From contig JAFGJS010000037.1 in NCBI GenBank assembly GCA_016928995.1, forward strand, positions 5,895-69,894: a stretch of 64,000 nucleotides of DNA, written 5' to 3'. Source of the stretch: Candidatus Sumerlaeota bacterium. Lineage in GTDB: Bacteria > Sumerlaeota > Sumerlaeia > JAFGJS01. Shown one piece after another: positions 49,326-59,395 of the stretch (its first letter is position 1; every line of letters starts with the position of its first letter). The notes beneath the pieces are model-generated. The model made no database searches. It saw nothing but the letters and a program-made list of their open reading frames with translations, and was not told where the DNA came from. The translations under genes were made by a program, and so were the position numbers.

Positions 49326-49871
49326 TTGAATCCAAACGAGCACACACCGGAAGCCGATGCAGAGGAGATTCGCGGATTGCAACGGCTTTGCGAGGAGCGG
49401 ATCGCGGAGCGGCGTGAACTCGCGGCGAAGCAATTCCGCCGTGCGGAGGAGTTCCTTTGGTCGCTGCACACGCCGGAGCAGATCAACCGGCTGGTGGGCG
49501 ACATGCAGCGGCAGGGATACGCGGAGGGCGCGCGGCGTTCGTCCTGCGCCACGCGATGGCTGCCGCAACGGCTGTATTGCTGGCTGGCGCGCAAGGTCGC
49601 CGGGCCGTTCGCCGCGCCGTACGTGCAGGGGGCGCTGCTGAATTACAATTACGTATTGCGCGAAACAGCGCTGGATTTATACGCCGTGCTGGACCTGCGA
49701 TACGGACGGCCGGAAGAATTACTGAAGGCCGATGAGGGCAAGTCGCCCGCGAAGGATGATGAATTGCGCGCGCTCCGGCGCCTGCTCGATGCTTGCCAGG
49801 CGCGGCTCGATCAGCTTGATTCCAGCGGCAAGTTAAACAGCGACGACGGCGAGGGCGGCGTTCAATCATGA
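49326..49871 (+). CDS. Hypothetical helical protein in the glycan cluster
   Basis: Fills the gap between wzt and the GT gene; 4-nt overlap with the GT. Confidence 0.6.
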   Translation: MNPNEHTPEADAEEIRGLQRLCEERIAERRELAAKQFRRAEEFLWSLHTPEQINRLVGDMQRQGYAEGARRSSCATRWLPQRLYCWLARKVAGPFAAPYVQGALLNYNYVLRETALDLYAVLDLRYGRPEELLKADEGKSPAKDDELRALRRLLDACQARLDQLDSSGKLNSDDGEGGVQS

Positions 49872-51727
49872 TCGCTGGGGTGGATTTGCAATATTTGCTG
49901 GGACCGGGGCGCCGCGAGGAGTTCGGCCGGCGTCTGCTGAAGTTCTTCGCCCAATGGGCGCGCGATTTTCCCGACGACCCGTTGATCGGTTTCCATGTTA
50001 AGCCTATCGAGGATGGCGGCGCTTTACCGTTTCGGGAAATCCGGCGATGGCCGTTGCGGCGTCCGCTCAAGGCGTTGCTCGACGCCGGACCGATGACAGC
50101 GCAAGCCTGGGAGGATCAGGCGGGATGCGCGGAGCTGGACTGGCTGTTGATCCCTGGTCCGCTGGATGAATCCACGCTGTTGCCGGGCGGCGCTCCCTGC
50201 CGCATCGCCGCCATCGTGAGCGACGCGGACTTGCGCCGTTTCACGCGCACGCCGCGTCTGCCCGATGCGAGCATCGCCGGCCGCAACACGCTGAGCAACC
50301 GGCTGCAAGTTTTGCAGAATTACGAACGGGTCTTTTTTTTCACGGACATCGAAACGCCGCCTCAACGTCTGTCCGGTCTGGCCGACAAGATCGAGTTCAG
50401 CGAAAAAAGCGGCAATGAATATAATCATCGCGGCTATGATCCGGCTGTTTTTCGCGGCCAATTGCAGGAGCGCATCCAGAATTTTCCCGCGATTCAATCC
50501 GCGGCCCCGGCCGCCGGAAAAGCCAAACGCAAGCTGGCCGTGTTCACGCCGCTGCGGCCGGTGCGCTCGGGAATTTCCGACTACAGCGAGCATCTGCTTG
50601 CGCAGCTGGCCGATGATTTTGAGATCACTGTTTTTCTCGACGGCTATCACCCGGCACGGCAGGAGCTCTTTCCGCCGTTACGCTGGCATCACGCGGCGGA
50701 CTTCGAGCGCTGGCTGCGCGCCGGGAATGAGGACGCCGCTCTGGTGTATGTGATGGGCAACAACGAATGCCATCGCAACATTTATCACTGGTCGCGGCGC
50801 GCGCCGGGGATCATGGAATTCCATGACGACGTTCCTCTGGCGTATGGCATGCATGACCGCAACTTCTGGATGAACCGGCTCGATTGGCTGGAATTGGTTG
50901 AACAGGAGCACGGCCGCACATTGGAGGAACTGCACCGCAATCCGCCCGACGATGAGACGTTATGCGACCTGCTGCCCATGACGCGCGCCTTCGCCGACGG
51001 CCAGCGCGGCTGCATCGTGCACAACGAATGGCTTGGCGAGCAGGTGCGCGGCAACTGTCCGCAACTGCCGGTCTGCAACACCGGACTGGGTGTGGATTGG
51101 CCGGAACCGCCGCATGAAAACGGCGCGCGGCGCGCGGCCCTGCGAGCCAAATTCGGCGTGCGGGAGAGCCATGCGCTTTTCATCGTCATTGGCGAGATCA
51201 ATCCATTCAAGCGCTTTGAGCAGATTTTCCGCGGCTTCAGCATCGCGCGCATGGCCTGCCCGGATATCATTCTGATTGTGGCCGGCGGCGCGCAGGATGA
51301 AGCGCTTAACCGCTATATCGCGGACGGCATGGAGCGCTATGGTCTGGACGACGGCGCGGCGATACGATTGGGATATCTGGAGCGTGAGGATTTCCTCGGT
51401 TTGATCGATGCGGCGGACGCCGGCATCAACCTGCGCTGGCCCACGCTCGGCGAGACCAGCGCCACGCTGACTCAATTGATGGGCGCGGGCAAGCCCGTGC
51501 TTGTCACTAACCGCTGTCAATTCAAGGAATACCCGGACGAAGCCTGCTGGAAAATCGAGCCCGGCGAACGCGAGGCAGAGCGCATCGCGCAGGCCATCGT
51601 CGCCCTGGCGCGCCATCCGCGTCATCGCCGCGCCATCGGCGCCTTTGCGCAAGATTACATCGCGCGTTTTTCCTGGGACCAGGTCGCCGCGCGCTTTCGT
51701 GATTTCATCGAGCAGGTTTATGGCTGA
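49868..51727 (+). CDS. Glycosyltransferase family 4 protein
   Basis: FTPLRPVRSGISDYSEHL, YVMGNNECH, NLRWPTLGETSATL, GKPVLV. Confidence 0.88.
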   Translation: MIAGVDLQYLLGPGRREEFGRRLLKFFAQWARDFPDDPLIGFHVKPIEDGGALPFREIRRWPLRRPLKALLDAGPMTAQAWEDQAGCAELDWLLIPGPLDESTLLPGGAPCRIAAIVSDADLRRFTRTPRLPDASIAGRNTLSNRLQVLQNYERVFFFTDIETPPQRLSGLADKIEFSEKSGNEYNHRGYDPAVFRGQLQERIQNFPAIQSAAPAAGKAKRKLAVFTPLRPVRSGISDYSEHLLAQLADDFEITVFLDGYHPARQELFPPLRWHHAADFERWLRAGNEDAALVYVMGNNECHRNIYHWSRRAPGIMEFHDDVPLAYGMHDRNFWMNRLDWLELVEQEHGRTLEELHRNPPDDETLCDLLPMTRAFADGQRGCIVHNEWLGEQVRGNCPQLPVCNTGLGVDWPEPPHENGARRAALRAKFGVRESHALFIVIGEINPFKRFEQIFRGFSIARMACPDIILIVAGGAQDEALNRYIADGMERYGLDDGAAIRLGYLEREDFLGLIDAADAGINLRWPTLGETSATLTQLMGAGKPVLVTNRCQFKEYPDEACWKIEPGEREAERIAQAIVALARHPRHRRAIGAFAQDYIARFSWDQVAARFRDFIEQVYG

Positions 51728-51827
51728 GCGCCGCGCGCGACATGTGATTTTTTTACTTTTTGACAATCCCGTCTTTTCCGGCTGAAATGCCGCCCAATTA
51801 CGCCGCGAACATTCGGAGATAAAAAAT

Positions 51828-52406
51828 ATGCCGCTTTACCTGGCCGTAGTGCATTATCCTTGCAGCAATAAACAGGGCGAGGTCGTCACGACTTCGATCA
51901 CCAATTTCGACATTCACGATATCGGGCGTTCCGGTCGCACCTACGAGTGCGAGGCGGTCTATCTGGTCAATCCCGTGCCGAGTCAGCTTTGGTTCGCCAA
52001 TCGCGTGCTGGAGCACTGGACCGAGGGCGCCGGGGCGGAGTACAACTGGACGCGCAAGGAGTCGATGAGCCGTGTGCAGACCATCGAGGATCTGGTGACA
52101 CTGACAGAACAACTGGAGGCGAAGCACGGCCGCCCGCCGGTGTATATCGCCACGTCAGCCCGCAAGACGCATGAGACCTGGGGCTATGTGGCCATGCGTG
52201 AAAAGATGGAGGCCGATCCCGACACGCCGTGGGTGCTGCTGTTCGGCACGGGCTGGGGGCTGCATAAGGACCTGATGGACGAAGTGGATTACATCCTCGA
52301 TCCGATCTACGGCGCCGGCGACTACAATCACCTCAGCGTGCGCGCCGCCGTGGCGATCATCCTCGACCGCCTGCGCGGCGAAAAGTGGCACGAAAGCAAG
52401 CTATAA
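51828..52406 (+). CDS. SPOUT-family RNA methyltransferase (TrmD-associated type)
   Basis: TTSITNFDIHDIGRSGRTY, LLFGTGWGL, YNHLSVRAAVAIILDRL. Confidence 0.88.
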   Translation: MPLYLAVVHYPCSNKQGEVVTTSITNFDIHDIGRSGRTYECEAVYLVNPVPSQLWFANRVLEHWTEGAGAEYNWTRKESMSRVQTIEDLVTLTEQLEAKHGRPPVYIATSARKTHETWGYVAMREKMEADPDTPWVLLFGTGWGLHKDLMDEVDYILDPIYGAGDYNHLSVRAAVAIILDRLRGEKWHESKL

Positions 52407-53666
52407 TCATCTTTCATATTGCGAGTATATTTTTCGCGCTTCGTCGGCGATGATGCTGAGGCCGCGTTGGACGGTCGCTTCGTTTTGGGCGTAGCTGATG
52501 CGGAGGCATTCGTCGCGCTGTTTCCATTCGCCTTCGAGGCCAGGAAAGAAGTGGCGGCCGGGCACAACCAGCACGCCGCGGGCTTTGAGGCGTTCGTAAA
52601 ATTCCTGCGAGCTGATGGGCAGATCGCGAAACCATAGCCAAAGGAAGAACGCGCCTTCGGGTTTATGCACGCGGCAGTCGATGCCGCGCAGCTCGCGGCG
52701 CAATTGCTCGACGGCGCGGTCGGCGCGCGACTGGTAGTAGGGCCGGATCACGTCGCGGCCAAGGCTGAGCAGTTTGTCTTCGCGGATGAGTTCATTGGCC
52801 AAGGTTGCGCCGATGCGGTTCGGCGCGAGGCACATGATCGCGCTGGCGGCGGAGATGGCGGCGATGATTTCCTCGCTGGCCACGACGATGCCGGTGCGCA
52901 GGGCGGGCAGGCCGAATTTGCTCAGGCTCATGCAGAGTATCGTGCGCGGACTCCATTGCGGCGCGGCGTCGCTGAAGACGATGCCGGGAAACGGCAGTCC
53001 GTAAGCGCCGTCGATGATCAGCGGCACGTCGCGCTCCTCGGCGAGGCGCATCAGGCGCTGCGTCTCCTCGTCGCTCATCATGTTCCCCGTGGGATTCGTC
53101 GGGCGCGAAAAGCAGATCGCGCCGGCGTCGTCAACGGCCTCCAGGCGCTGGAAATCGACGTGGTACTTGAACAGCAGATCGTCGATGTATTCGATCTCCG
53201 GCTGGACGGCGCGGAAGATGCCAGGCTCCAACCCCACGTCGGAATAGCCGATGTATTCCGGCGCGAGCGGCAGCAGAATTTTTTTGAACGAGCCGTCGCC
53301 ATAGCGTCCGGCGAACATATTGAACAGGATGAAGAACGCTCCTTGGCTGCCCGTGGTCAGCGCGATGTTGCGCGGTCCGACGTCCCAGCCGCATTCCCGG
53401 TGCAGCAGCGCGGCGAGCGATTCGATGAAAGCCGGGTTGCCCTGCGGCGAATCGTAATCGCCGATGGCGCGCTCGAATGCGCCGTCGCGCTCCAGGATGC
53501 GCTGCATGGCGCCGCGGATGCATTGCTGCACCTCGGGGATATGGGCCGGATTGCCGCCGCCGAGCATCAGCATGCCCTTTTCGGAGAGCGCACGGCCCAA
53601 GTCGTCCATCAACAGATTGATGCCGGAGTTGCTCGTAATCTTTTGGCCGAATGTTGAAAGTTTCAT
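52407..53666 (-). CDS. avtA: Valine-pyruvate transaminase (PLP-dependent class I)
   Basis: SGINLLMDDL, MLGGGNPAHIP, SRPTNPTGN, SLSKFGLPALRTG. Confidence 0.92.
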   Translation of the reverse strand: MKLSTFGQKITSNSGINLLMDDLGRALSEKGMLMLGGGNPAHIPEVQQCIRGAMQRILERDGAFERAIGDYDSPQGNPAFIESLAALLHRECGWDVGPRNIALTTGSQGAFFILFNMFAGRYGDGSFKKILLPLAPEYIGYSDVGLEPGIFRAVQPEIEYIDDLLFKYHVDFQRLEAVDDAGAICFSRPTNPTGNMMSDEETQRLMRLAEERDVPLIIDGAYGLPFPGIVFSDAAPQWSPRTILCMSLSKFGLPALRTGIVVASEEIIAAISAASAIMCLAPNRIGATLANELIREDKLLSLGRDVIRPYYQSRADRAVEQLRRELRGIDCRVHKPEGAFFLWLWFRDLPISSQEFYERLKARGVLVVPGRHFFPGLEGEWKQRDECLRISYAQNEATVQRGLSIIADEARKIYSQYER

Positions 53667-53703
53667 TCTGTTTTTTTCAGGCTTTCTTGCGCCAGTTGTT
53701 CGG

Positions 53704-55104
53704 TCATTCTTCGTCAAACAATTCGTACTTCAGCATTTTATTATGCAGACTTTTGCGGCTGATACCGAGCAGGTCGGCGGCCTCTTGACGCCGGCCTTCC
53801 ACCTTGCGCAAGGCAGCGAGGATCATCTTGATCTCCAGTTTGGCGGTCTGCTCTTCGATCACGTCGCTCATGGATTGCGAGAAATCGAAGCCGCTCATCG
53901 ATAGATCGCCGGATTCATCCGTCTGCGGTTCAAGGCTGGCCGGCAGTGACGGGAGATGTTGCGGTTGCACCACGCCCTCACCGGTCAGCACCACGCCGCG
54001 TTGCACGGCGTTTTGCAGCTGGCGGATGTTCCCTGGCCAATTATACGAAACAAGGATGTCCATCGCTTCCGGATCGATGGAACGCACATCCTTGTTGAAG
54101 GCTTTTGAATAGTGGTCCAGGAAGTGATGCACCAGCAGCGGCAAGTCCTCCATGCGTTCGCGCAACGGCGGCGCCTCGATGGAGATCACATTGAGCCGGT
54201 AGAATAAATCCTCGCGAAACTTGCCCTGGTTCACTTCGGCTTGCAGGTTCCGGTTGGTCGCGGCGATCACGCGCAGGTCCACATGGATCGTCTGCACGCT
54301 GCCCACGCGCGAGATTTCCCGCTCCTGCAGCGTGCGGAGGAGCTTCGGCTGGAGGCTCAGCGGAATCTCGCCGATCTCATCAAGGAAAATCGAGCCGCCG
54401 CTCGCCGTTTCGAACAGCCCCTGCTTGCGCTGAAAGGCGCCGGTGAACGCGCCCTTTTCATGGCCGAAAAGCTCGCTTTCCAACAGCGTGTCCGGGATCG
54501 CCGCGCAGTTCACCTTGGTCAAATCCTGGTCGCGGCGCTGGCTGAGCGCATGGATCGCCTCGGCGATGAGCTCCTTGCCCGTGCCGCTCTCGCCGGTGAT
54601 CAGCACCGTCGCGTCGGAGTCGGCCACGCGCTGGATCATTTCGAACACGCGCTTCATCGCCGCGCTTTCGCCGATGATGTTCTGATACGCCGAGTGGCTG
54701 CGCAGCTGCGTTTGCAACTCCGCCACGCGGCGGGCCAGCGCGGCGCGCTCCACGGCCCGGCCGACGACCGTGCGCAGCTCCTGAATGTCGAAGGGCTTGT
54801 GAAACAGATCATACGCGCCGAGCTCATAAGCCTCGCGCGCGACCTTGGGCGAGCCGTAGGCCGTGACGATCAGGCAGACGGAAGACGGGCGCTTGTCGCG
54901 GATTTGCTTCATCGCCTCGATGCCGCCGAGGCGCGGCATCTTGATGTCGAGGATGATCACGTCGAAAACGGATTCCTGCGCTTTATCCACGGCCTGCTGT
55001 CCGTCCACGGCCTCGTCGATCTCATATCCCTCGCGGCGCAGCATTTCGCGCAGTGTCAAACGCACATTCAATTCATCATCGGCAATGAGGATTTTCGGCG
55101 ACAA
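53704..55104 (-). CDS. Sigma54-dependent response regulator (NtrC/AtoC family: REC-AAA+-Fis HTH)
   Basis: [54 protein letters not shown]. Confidence 0.95.
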   Translation of the reverse strand: MSPKILIADDELNVRLTLREMLRREGYEIDEAVDGQQAVDKAQESVFDVIILDIKMPRLGGIEAMKQIRDKRPSSVCLIVTAYGSPKVAREAYELGAYDLFHKPFDIQELRTVVGRAVERAALARRVAELQTQLRSHSAYQNIIGESAAMKRVFEMIQRVADSDATVLITGESGTGKELIAEAIHALSQRRDQDLTKVNCAAIPDTLLESELFGHEKGAFTGAFQRKQGLFETASGGSIFLDEIGEIPLSLQPKLLRTLQEREISRVGSVQTIHVDLRVIAATNRNLQAEVNQGKFREDLFYRLNVISIEAPPLRERMEDLPLLVHHFLDHYSKAFNKDVRSIDPEAMDILVSYNWPGNIRQLQNAVQRGVVLTGEGVVQPQHLPSLPASLEPQTDESGDLSMSGFDFSQSMSDVIEEQTAKLEIKMILAALRKVEGRRQEAADLLGISRKSLHNKMLKYELFDEE

Positions 55105-55235
55105 TTTTCATCCTTTCGATGTCTGCTGTTCATTATCGCCGGTTTGCGCCCAGAGTCAACAGCGATCCCATGCATGCTTTTCACTTGACAAGACGCCCTG
55201 TGACGGCAAGATTGCCCCTCCATTCGCTGAGATTG

Positions 55236-55310
55236 GCGCGTGTAGCACAATGGCTAGTGCATCGGCCTTCCAAGCCGAGGATACGGGTTCGATTCCCGTC
55301 ACGCGCTCCA
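55236..55310 (+). tRNA. tRNA-Gly (anticodon TCC)
   Basis: GCGCGTG acceptor stem pairs with CACGCGC-T-CCA; anticodon arm TCGGC-CTTCCAA-GCCGA; T-arm ACGGG-TTCGATT-CCCGT; TTGACA at 55185. Confidence 0.97.
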
Positions 55311-55497
55311 CCGAAATTGGGCGAATTACGAAGATTTACTTTTCTTCTTCCGCCGATTTTTCCGAGTGTTTTTCCAATAAAGTTTTGGTGTTGTCACAGG
55401 CGGCTTTCACCGAGGCATGATTGTTCATGCAACGGCGTCTATCGTCAGCGGTTGTCCGTTTCCACAGGTAGGATCGGGCTAAGCGTTTTCTTATCAG

Positions 55498-57039
55498 TTA
55501 TCGTTCGTATTGCAATTCGTCATTGGATTCTGTTTCGGCTGCGCCCGGTTTCCATGATGAGGCTGGACCTGAAGTTTGTTTTCCATAAGAAATGATAGCT
55601 TCGCTTAACTGGCTTCCCGTAACCGGAATGGGCGCTTTGATGAGTTCGGGAATATTATAGGCCCAGGCCAGCGAATCATAGTACGCCGGATTCTGCTGAG
55701 GCAGCAGAAACGGCTTGTGCGCCACGCCATTCGCATCGACATAACTGAAGAACGGCCGGGAAAAACGGCCATCAAGGCGTTTGCTGTTGAAAGCAATCCA
55801 GCGGCCATTGCTCGACCAGCTGTGCCAGGTGTCGGGCCGTTTGCTGCTGATGGATAGTTTGCGGTGTTCGCCGCTCTCCATATCCATCAGGTATAAGTCG
55901 CACTGGGCCTGGTGAATGGGAAAGTCGCTGTATGGCGAAACGTTGAACAAGAGGAACCGGTCATCGGGCGAGAATCGCGGCTGGTTGATGCTGCCGTCCA
56001 CTGCTTTCGCGGATAGAACCGTCTCCAGCTCGCCCCATTCGCCGCTTTCCGCATCATAGCGGATTCGCATTAAGTCGCAGCGCACTTCACGATAGCGTTC
56101 CTTCGGGAGCTGCGGCGCGCTGCAGAAATACAAGTATCGGCCGTCGCGGGACCATTCTGGAAATGTCTCCATGCGATCGATCTTGCTGATCTTGTTTTCT
56201 CGGATGACTTCTCGCGTATCCAGGCGGTACAGGTCCAAATCGCAGGCGAGGTCGAACACGTCGCGCACTTCCTGGACCTTCGTATGGATCAGCATCTGGA
56301 ATTTGTTGTCGGTGATGGCCAGAAGCTTGCCATTGGGATGCCAGGCGGAAAAACCGGTCTTCCCGGACGTCAGTTCGGTTTTCGTGCTGATGGGTTCGAC
56401 TTGATTATTTTCAACCAGCAACATGGGGGTGCCGTATGTTGAGGATCTTGCCTGAAGCGCCATATGATGGGGATCATTATTGAGATAAGAATGGCAGTGC
56501 ATGCACCCATAGCTGAACAACCGGTTATGCAATACGACGGATTCTTCGTAGTTTTCCAGATTCCTTTGATAGAAGCCCATGTCGTTCCAGATCACCGAAA
56601 TCATGATTTTCCGGTATGTTAAGAAAGGGTCGATGCCAGCGTCCGCAACGGTGTTTTCAATCGTCTCGAAGCGGCTCCAGTTGTTCTCGCTGTCTTTCAC
56701 GTATACATCAAAATAAAGTTTCCGCCCATGGTTGGCGTCCAGCAGTTTTTTCCAACGATCCACCGGGATTTCAATGTCTGGCTTTCGACTGTGAATTTCG
56801 ATGGGATCGCCGTCTTTGGAGTAAATTTTCACATAATGACCGGCGCCGTTTTCTTCGATCAGAAAATTCAGGGGAGCGATATTCGGAGGGATGACGACGC
56901 CGCAATAGTCCGGACGGATTTTAGCGGGACGGTCGATTGAGCGGGATGCATCGATGACCGCCGTCTTATCGCATTGGGTGAAAACCAACGCGCAAGCCAA
57001 CAATGCTAACGTCAATGTCGATGATGCCGTAGTTCTCAT
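55498..57039 (-). CDS. TolB/PD40-like beta-propeller putative lipoprotein with CxxCH (copy A)
   Basis: Signal peptide ending in Cys; PPNIAPLNF; CMHCH; repeats WHPNGK, PEWSRDGRYLYF, PRFSPDDRFLLF, WSSNGRWIAF. Confidence 0.85.
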   Translation of the reverse strand: MRTTASSTLTLALLACALVFTQCDKTAVIDASRSIDRPAKIRPDYCGVVIPPNIAPLNFLIEENGAGHYVKIYSKDGDPIEIHSRKPDIEIPVDRWKKLLDANHGRKLYFDVYVKDSENNWSRFETIENTVADAGIDPFLTYRKIMISVIWNDMGFYQRNLENYEESVVLHNRLFSYGCMHCHSYLNNDPHHMALQARSSTYGTPMLLVENNQVEPISTKTELTSGKTGFSAWHPNGKLLAITDNKFQMLIHTKVQEVRDVFDLACDLDLYRLDTREVIRENKISKIDRMETFPEWSRDGRYLYFCSAPQLPKERYREVRCDLMRIRYDAESGEWGELETVLSAKAVDGSINQPRFSPDDRFLLFNVSPYSDFPIHQAQCDLYLMDMESGEHRKLSISSKRPDTWHSWSSNGRWIAFNSKRLDGRFSRPFFSYVDANGVAHKPFLLPQQNPAYYDSLAWAYNIPELIKAPIPVTGSQLSEAIISYGKQTSGPASSWKPGAAETESNDELQYER

Positions 57040-57164
57040 GCCCTTGCCCGTTATCGATCCCTTGATCTATTTTATCCAGCTGGATCGGCCGTGAAACGCT
57101 GCACCGGCCTCCTTGACCGATGACTCTTTTTAACGGATTAAAAGGTCCGTGATGCGCTTTCAAC

Positions 57165-59135
57165 TTACCGTATCAATTGACTCCCTGAAAATCCATAGAC
57201 GTTGTAGAAATAATAAGTGTCGCCGAATTTATCCGCCAATTCGGTCAAGGCCGCCTGTTTATCGTTATGCTTATTCAATATATTGATGAGCTCCTGAAGC
57301 CGTGTGATCGATTCCGGACTGATTTCATAGCCATATAAATCCGGTCTTTGACCCGTGGTCTGCATATAGATGACCAATGCTTCCTCAAACGCTCGCGGGA
57401 GCGTGGCATACTGAAAATCGCGCAGACGTTCGATATTATTAACAATCTCCAACACCTCTCTGCGCTGAAAATAACTGGCCATTAAGTATTCAAAGGCCAT
57501 TCGGTTATGCTTGTTTTGGGCGAGCAACTCGGTCAGCGAGCCTTCGTTGATACTGTCATCATCCGGTATCAGGGAACGAATCCGTTGGATTTCCTCGTCC
57601 GAGGAAAAATCAGGATCCTCTTCGAGCCGGTCCAACAGCTCCTGCGCCTGGTCCCTGTAGAGGAAATCCTCGCGCAGGATGCGCAACAACGCGCGGGCGG
57701 TCTCTGGTTGCCGCTTGACGATGTTGATCAGGGCCAGCCGCTTCAATGCCTGCGGATGGTATTTCAATCCCGCCAAAGCGTCCCAGGCGAAGTTCTCGGC
57801 TTCATTGACGCGGCCCAGCTCATAATAAGTCTCGCTGAGATCTAAAAATCGGGCCCTTCTTTCCATGGCGCTTAACGATCTTGATGCCGCTTCGACGTGA
57901 TAAAGACACCAGTCGATTGGCTGGGGATAGGCGAACATCTCATCAAGCAACCGGCCGCTATGGTAGAGCGCTCGATTGACATCATGGCAATAACAGACGT
58001 TGAAGTATTTCGTGCCAAGGTTGCGGGCTTCGTACAGAACTTCATTCCACATCCGCTGCTGGGAGTAAAAGCGGATGCGAAGATAATGTCTTTCTTGATG
58101 ATTCGTTGATAGCAGGACGACGCAGATTAGGATAATCAGCAGAATTATCGCGGATAACATACCATGCGATGGGTTTGCATTCTGGCTCGTATCGGCTTTG
58201 CTTTGCTGAATCTTATCGTCTTTGCTTTTCCGGCTTTTCTTTTTTCGGGCTTTGCCCTTATCGGCATCGACGCGCCTGAATCGGTTCTGGAGCTTGTCGC
58301 TGTTGTAGCGCCAATACACACTGGCCAATCCGGCGATCGGAAAAAAAACATAGAGAAAATAATAGAGCACGGGTCCATTAAAATAAACGGATAATGGGTC
58401 GTAGGGCAGGACTGCCGGATCATTGGGCAGGATGCAGAGATATACTTCGGCGGCGCTGATGTCGAACAGCAGCGCGCTGACTACGATGGGGATCAGCGCC
58501 GCTGAGATCAACGCCCCAAGATCCACAAGCCAAGCGCGTTTAACGAGCAATTCGTACAGCGCGCAGAGCATCACGAAAGGCAGATATGCGAAAACCGCCG
58601 CGTAGTAAATCACAGCGGAAAAAAACAAAAACAAGATGAAGCGAAGCGCGCCGCGCCGTATGCATGCGCGAGTATAAAGATAGAACAGCAGCAGACCAAG
58701 CGCGATGGATAAGTTCTCCATCATGAAGTGATAGTAGCGGCTGTATTGCAGCAGAACCACAATCGCCGGAATGAAGCGGAGCGCCCGCAGCCGTCCGTCG
58801 CTCATCACGTCCAGGCATTGGCCGGTTCCCCAGCTCAGCAACCAGGCGACAGCGGTGATGATCAGCGCTCCCGCCCATGAATAGTGGAAACAATAGAGCA
58901 GCACGCCCGCCGCGCACATCGCCGTCTTGCCGGGAAAACCTGGTATCTGCTCAAATCCCCCCGAACCCGGAACGTAAGGCGGCAGGCGCCAATAGCTCAT
59001 AATGCTGCAGTGAAGCAGCCTCGGATCGAGATAGAGGAAGATATAAAGAAAAAACAAGAGATAAAAAAACAGGTGAAAAAAAAACGTCGCGCGCCATCCG
59101 TCCCTCGCCGCATCTGTATTTGGCGCGTCAACCAT
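57165..59135 (-). CDS. DUF6057-like membrane protein with C-terminal TPR-like region (copy A)
   Basis: Many N-terminal TMs; LKRLALINIV, NRMAFEYLMA, FGDTYYFY; ATG at 59135 after GGAG. Confidence 0.75.
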   Translation of the reverse strand: MVDAPNTDAARDGWRATFFFHLFFYLLFFLYIFLYLDPRLLHCSIMSYWRLPPYVPGSGGFEQIPGFPGKTAMCAAGVLLYCFHYSWAGALIITAVAWLLSWGTGQCLDVMSDGRLRALRFIPAIVVLLQYSRYYHFMMENLSIALGLLLFYLYTRACIRRGALRFILFLFFSAVIYYAAVFAYLPFVMLCALYELLVKRAWLVDLGALISAALIPIVVSALLFDISAAEVYLCILPNDPAVLPYDPLSVYFNGPVLYYFLYVFFPIAGLASVYWRYNSDKLQNRFRRVDADKGKARKKKSRKSKDDKIQQSKADTSQNANPSHGMLSAIILLIILICVVLLSTNHQERHYLRIRFYSQQRMWNEVLYEARNLGTKYFNVCYCHDVNRALYHSGRLLDEMFAYPQPIDWCLYHVEAASRSLSAMERRARFLDLSETYYELGRVNEAENFAWDALAGLKYHPQALKRLALINIVKRQPETARALLRILREDFLYRDQAQELLDRLEEDPDFSSDEEIQRIRSLIPDDDSINEGSLTELLAQNKHNRMAFEYLMASYFQRREVLEIVNNIERLRDFQYATLPRAFEEALVIYMQTTGQRPDLYGYEISPESITRLQELINILNKHNDKQAALTELADKFGDTYYFYNVYGFSGSQLIR

Positions 59136-59395
59136 CGTTTGCTGCTCCTGCAGAATTGAAGATTCAGTAGCATCAAGCCATGCCTGCAAACCATGCGAAA
59201 GTCAAGCGCAATGCCGGAGCGGTCAATTAAGGGGGTTCTTAAGGATTAAGTTTCGAGCTTAAGAAATGTAATCATTTGGATGCAAAGATATAAGGGAAAT
59301 CGCTATCAATTTAATTCCGGTGGACTGCCGGCGATGAGCACGGGCAGCCGTTGTTGTCGCTTCGAAAGGAAGGATCGGCTTGGTGTTTTCCAGAT

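Noticed and set aside
52400-52412. Zero-gap convergent stop codons of the SPOUT methyltransferase and avtA
   Set aside because: Common in compact genomes; no further signal
55236-55497. Integrative element or prophage at tRNA-Gly
   Set aside because: No integrase, phage genes or duplicated tRNA 3' end visible within the window
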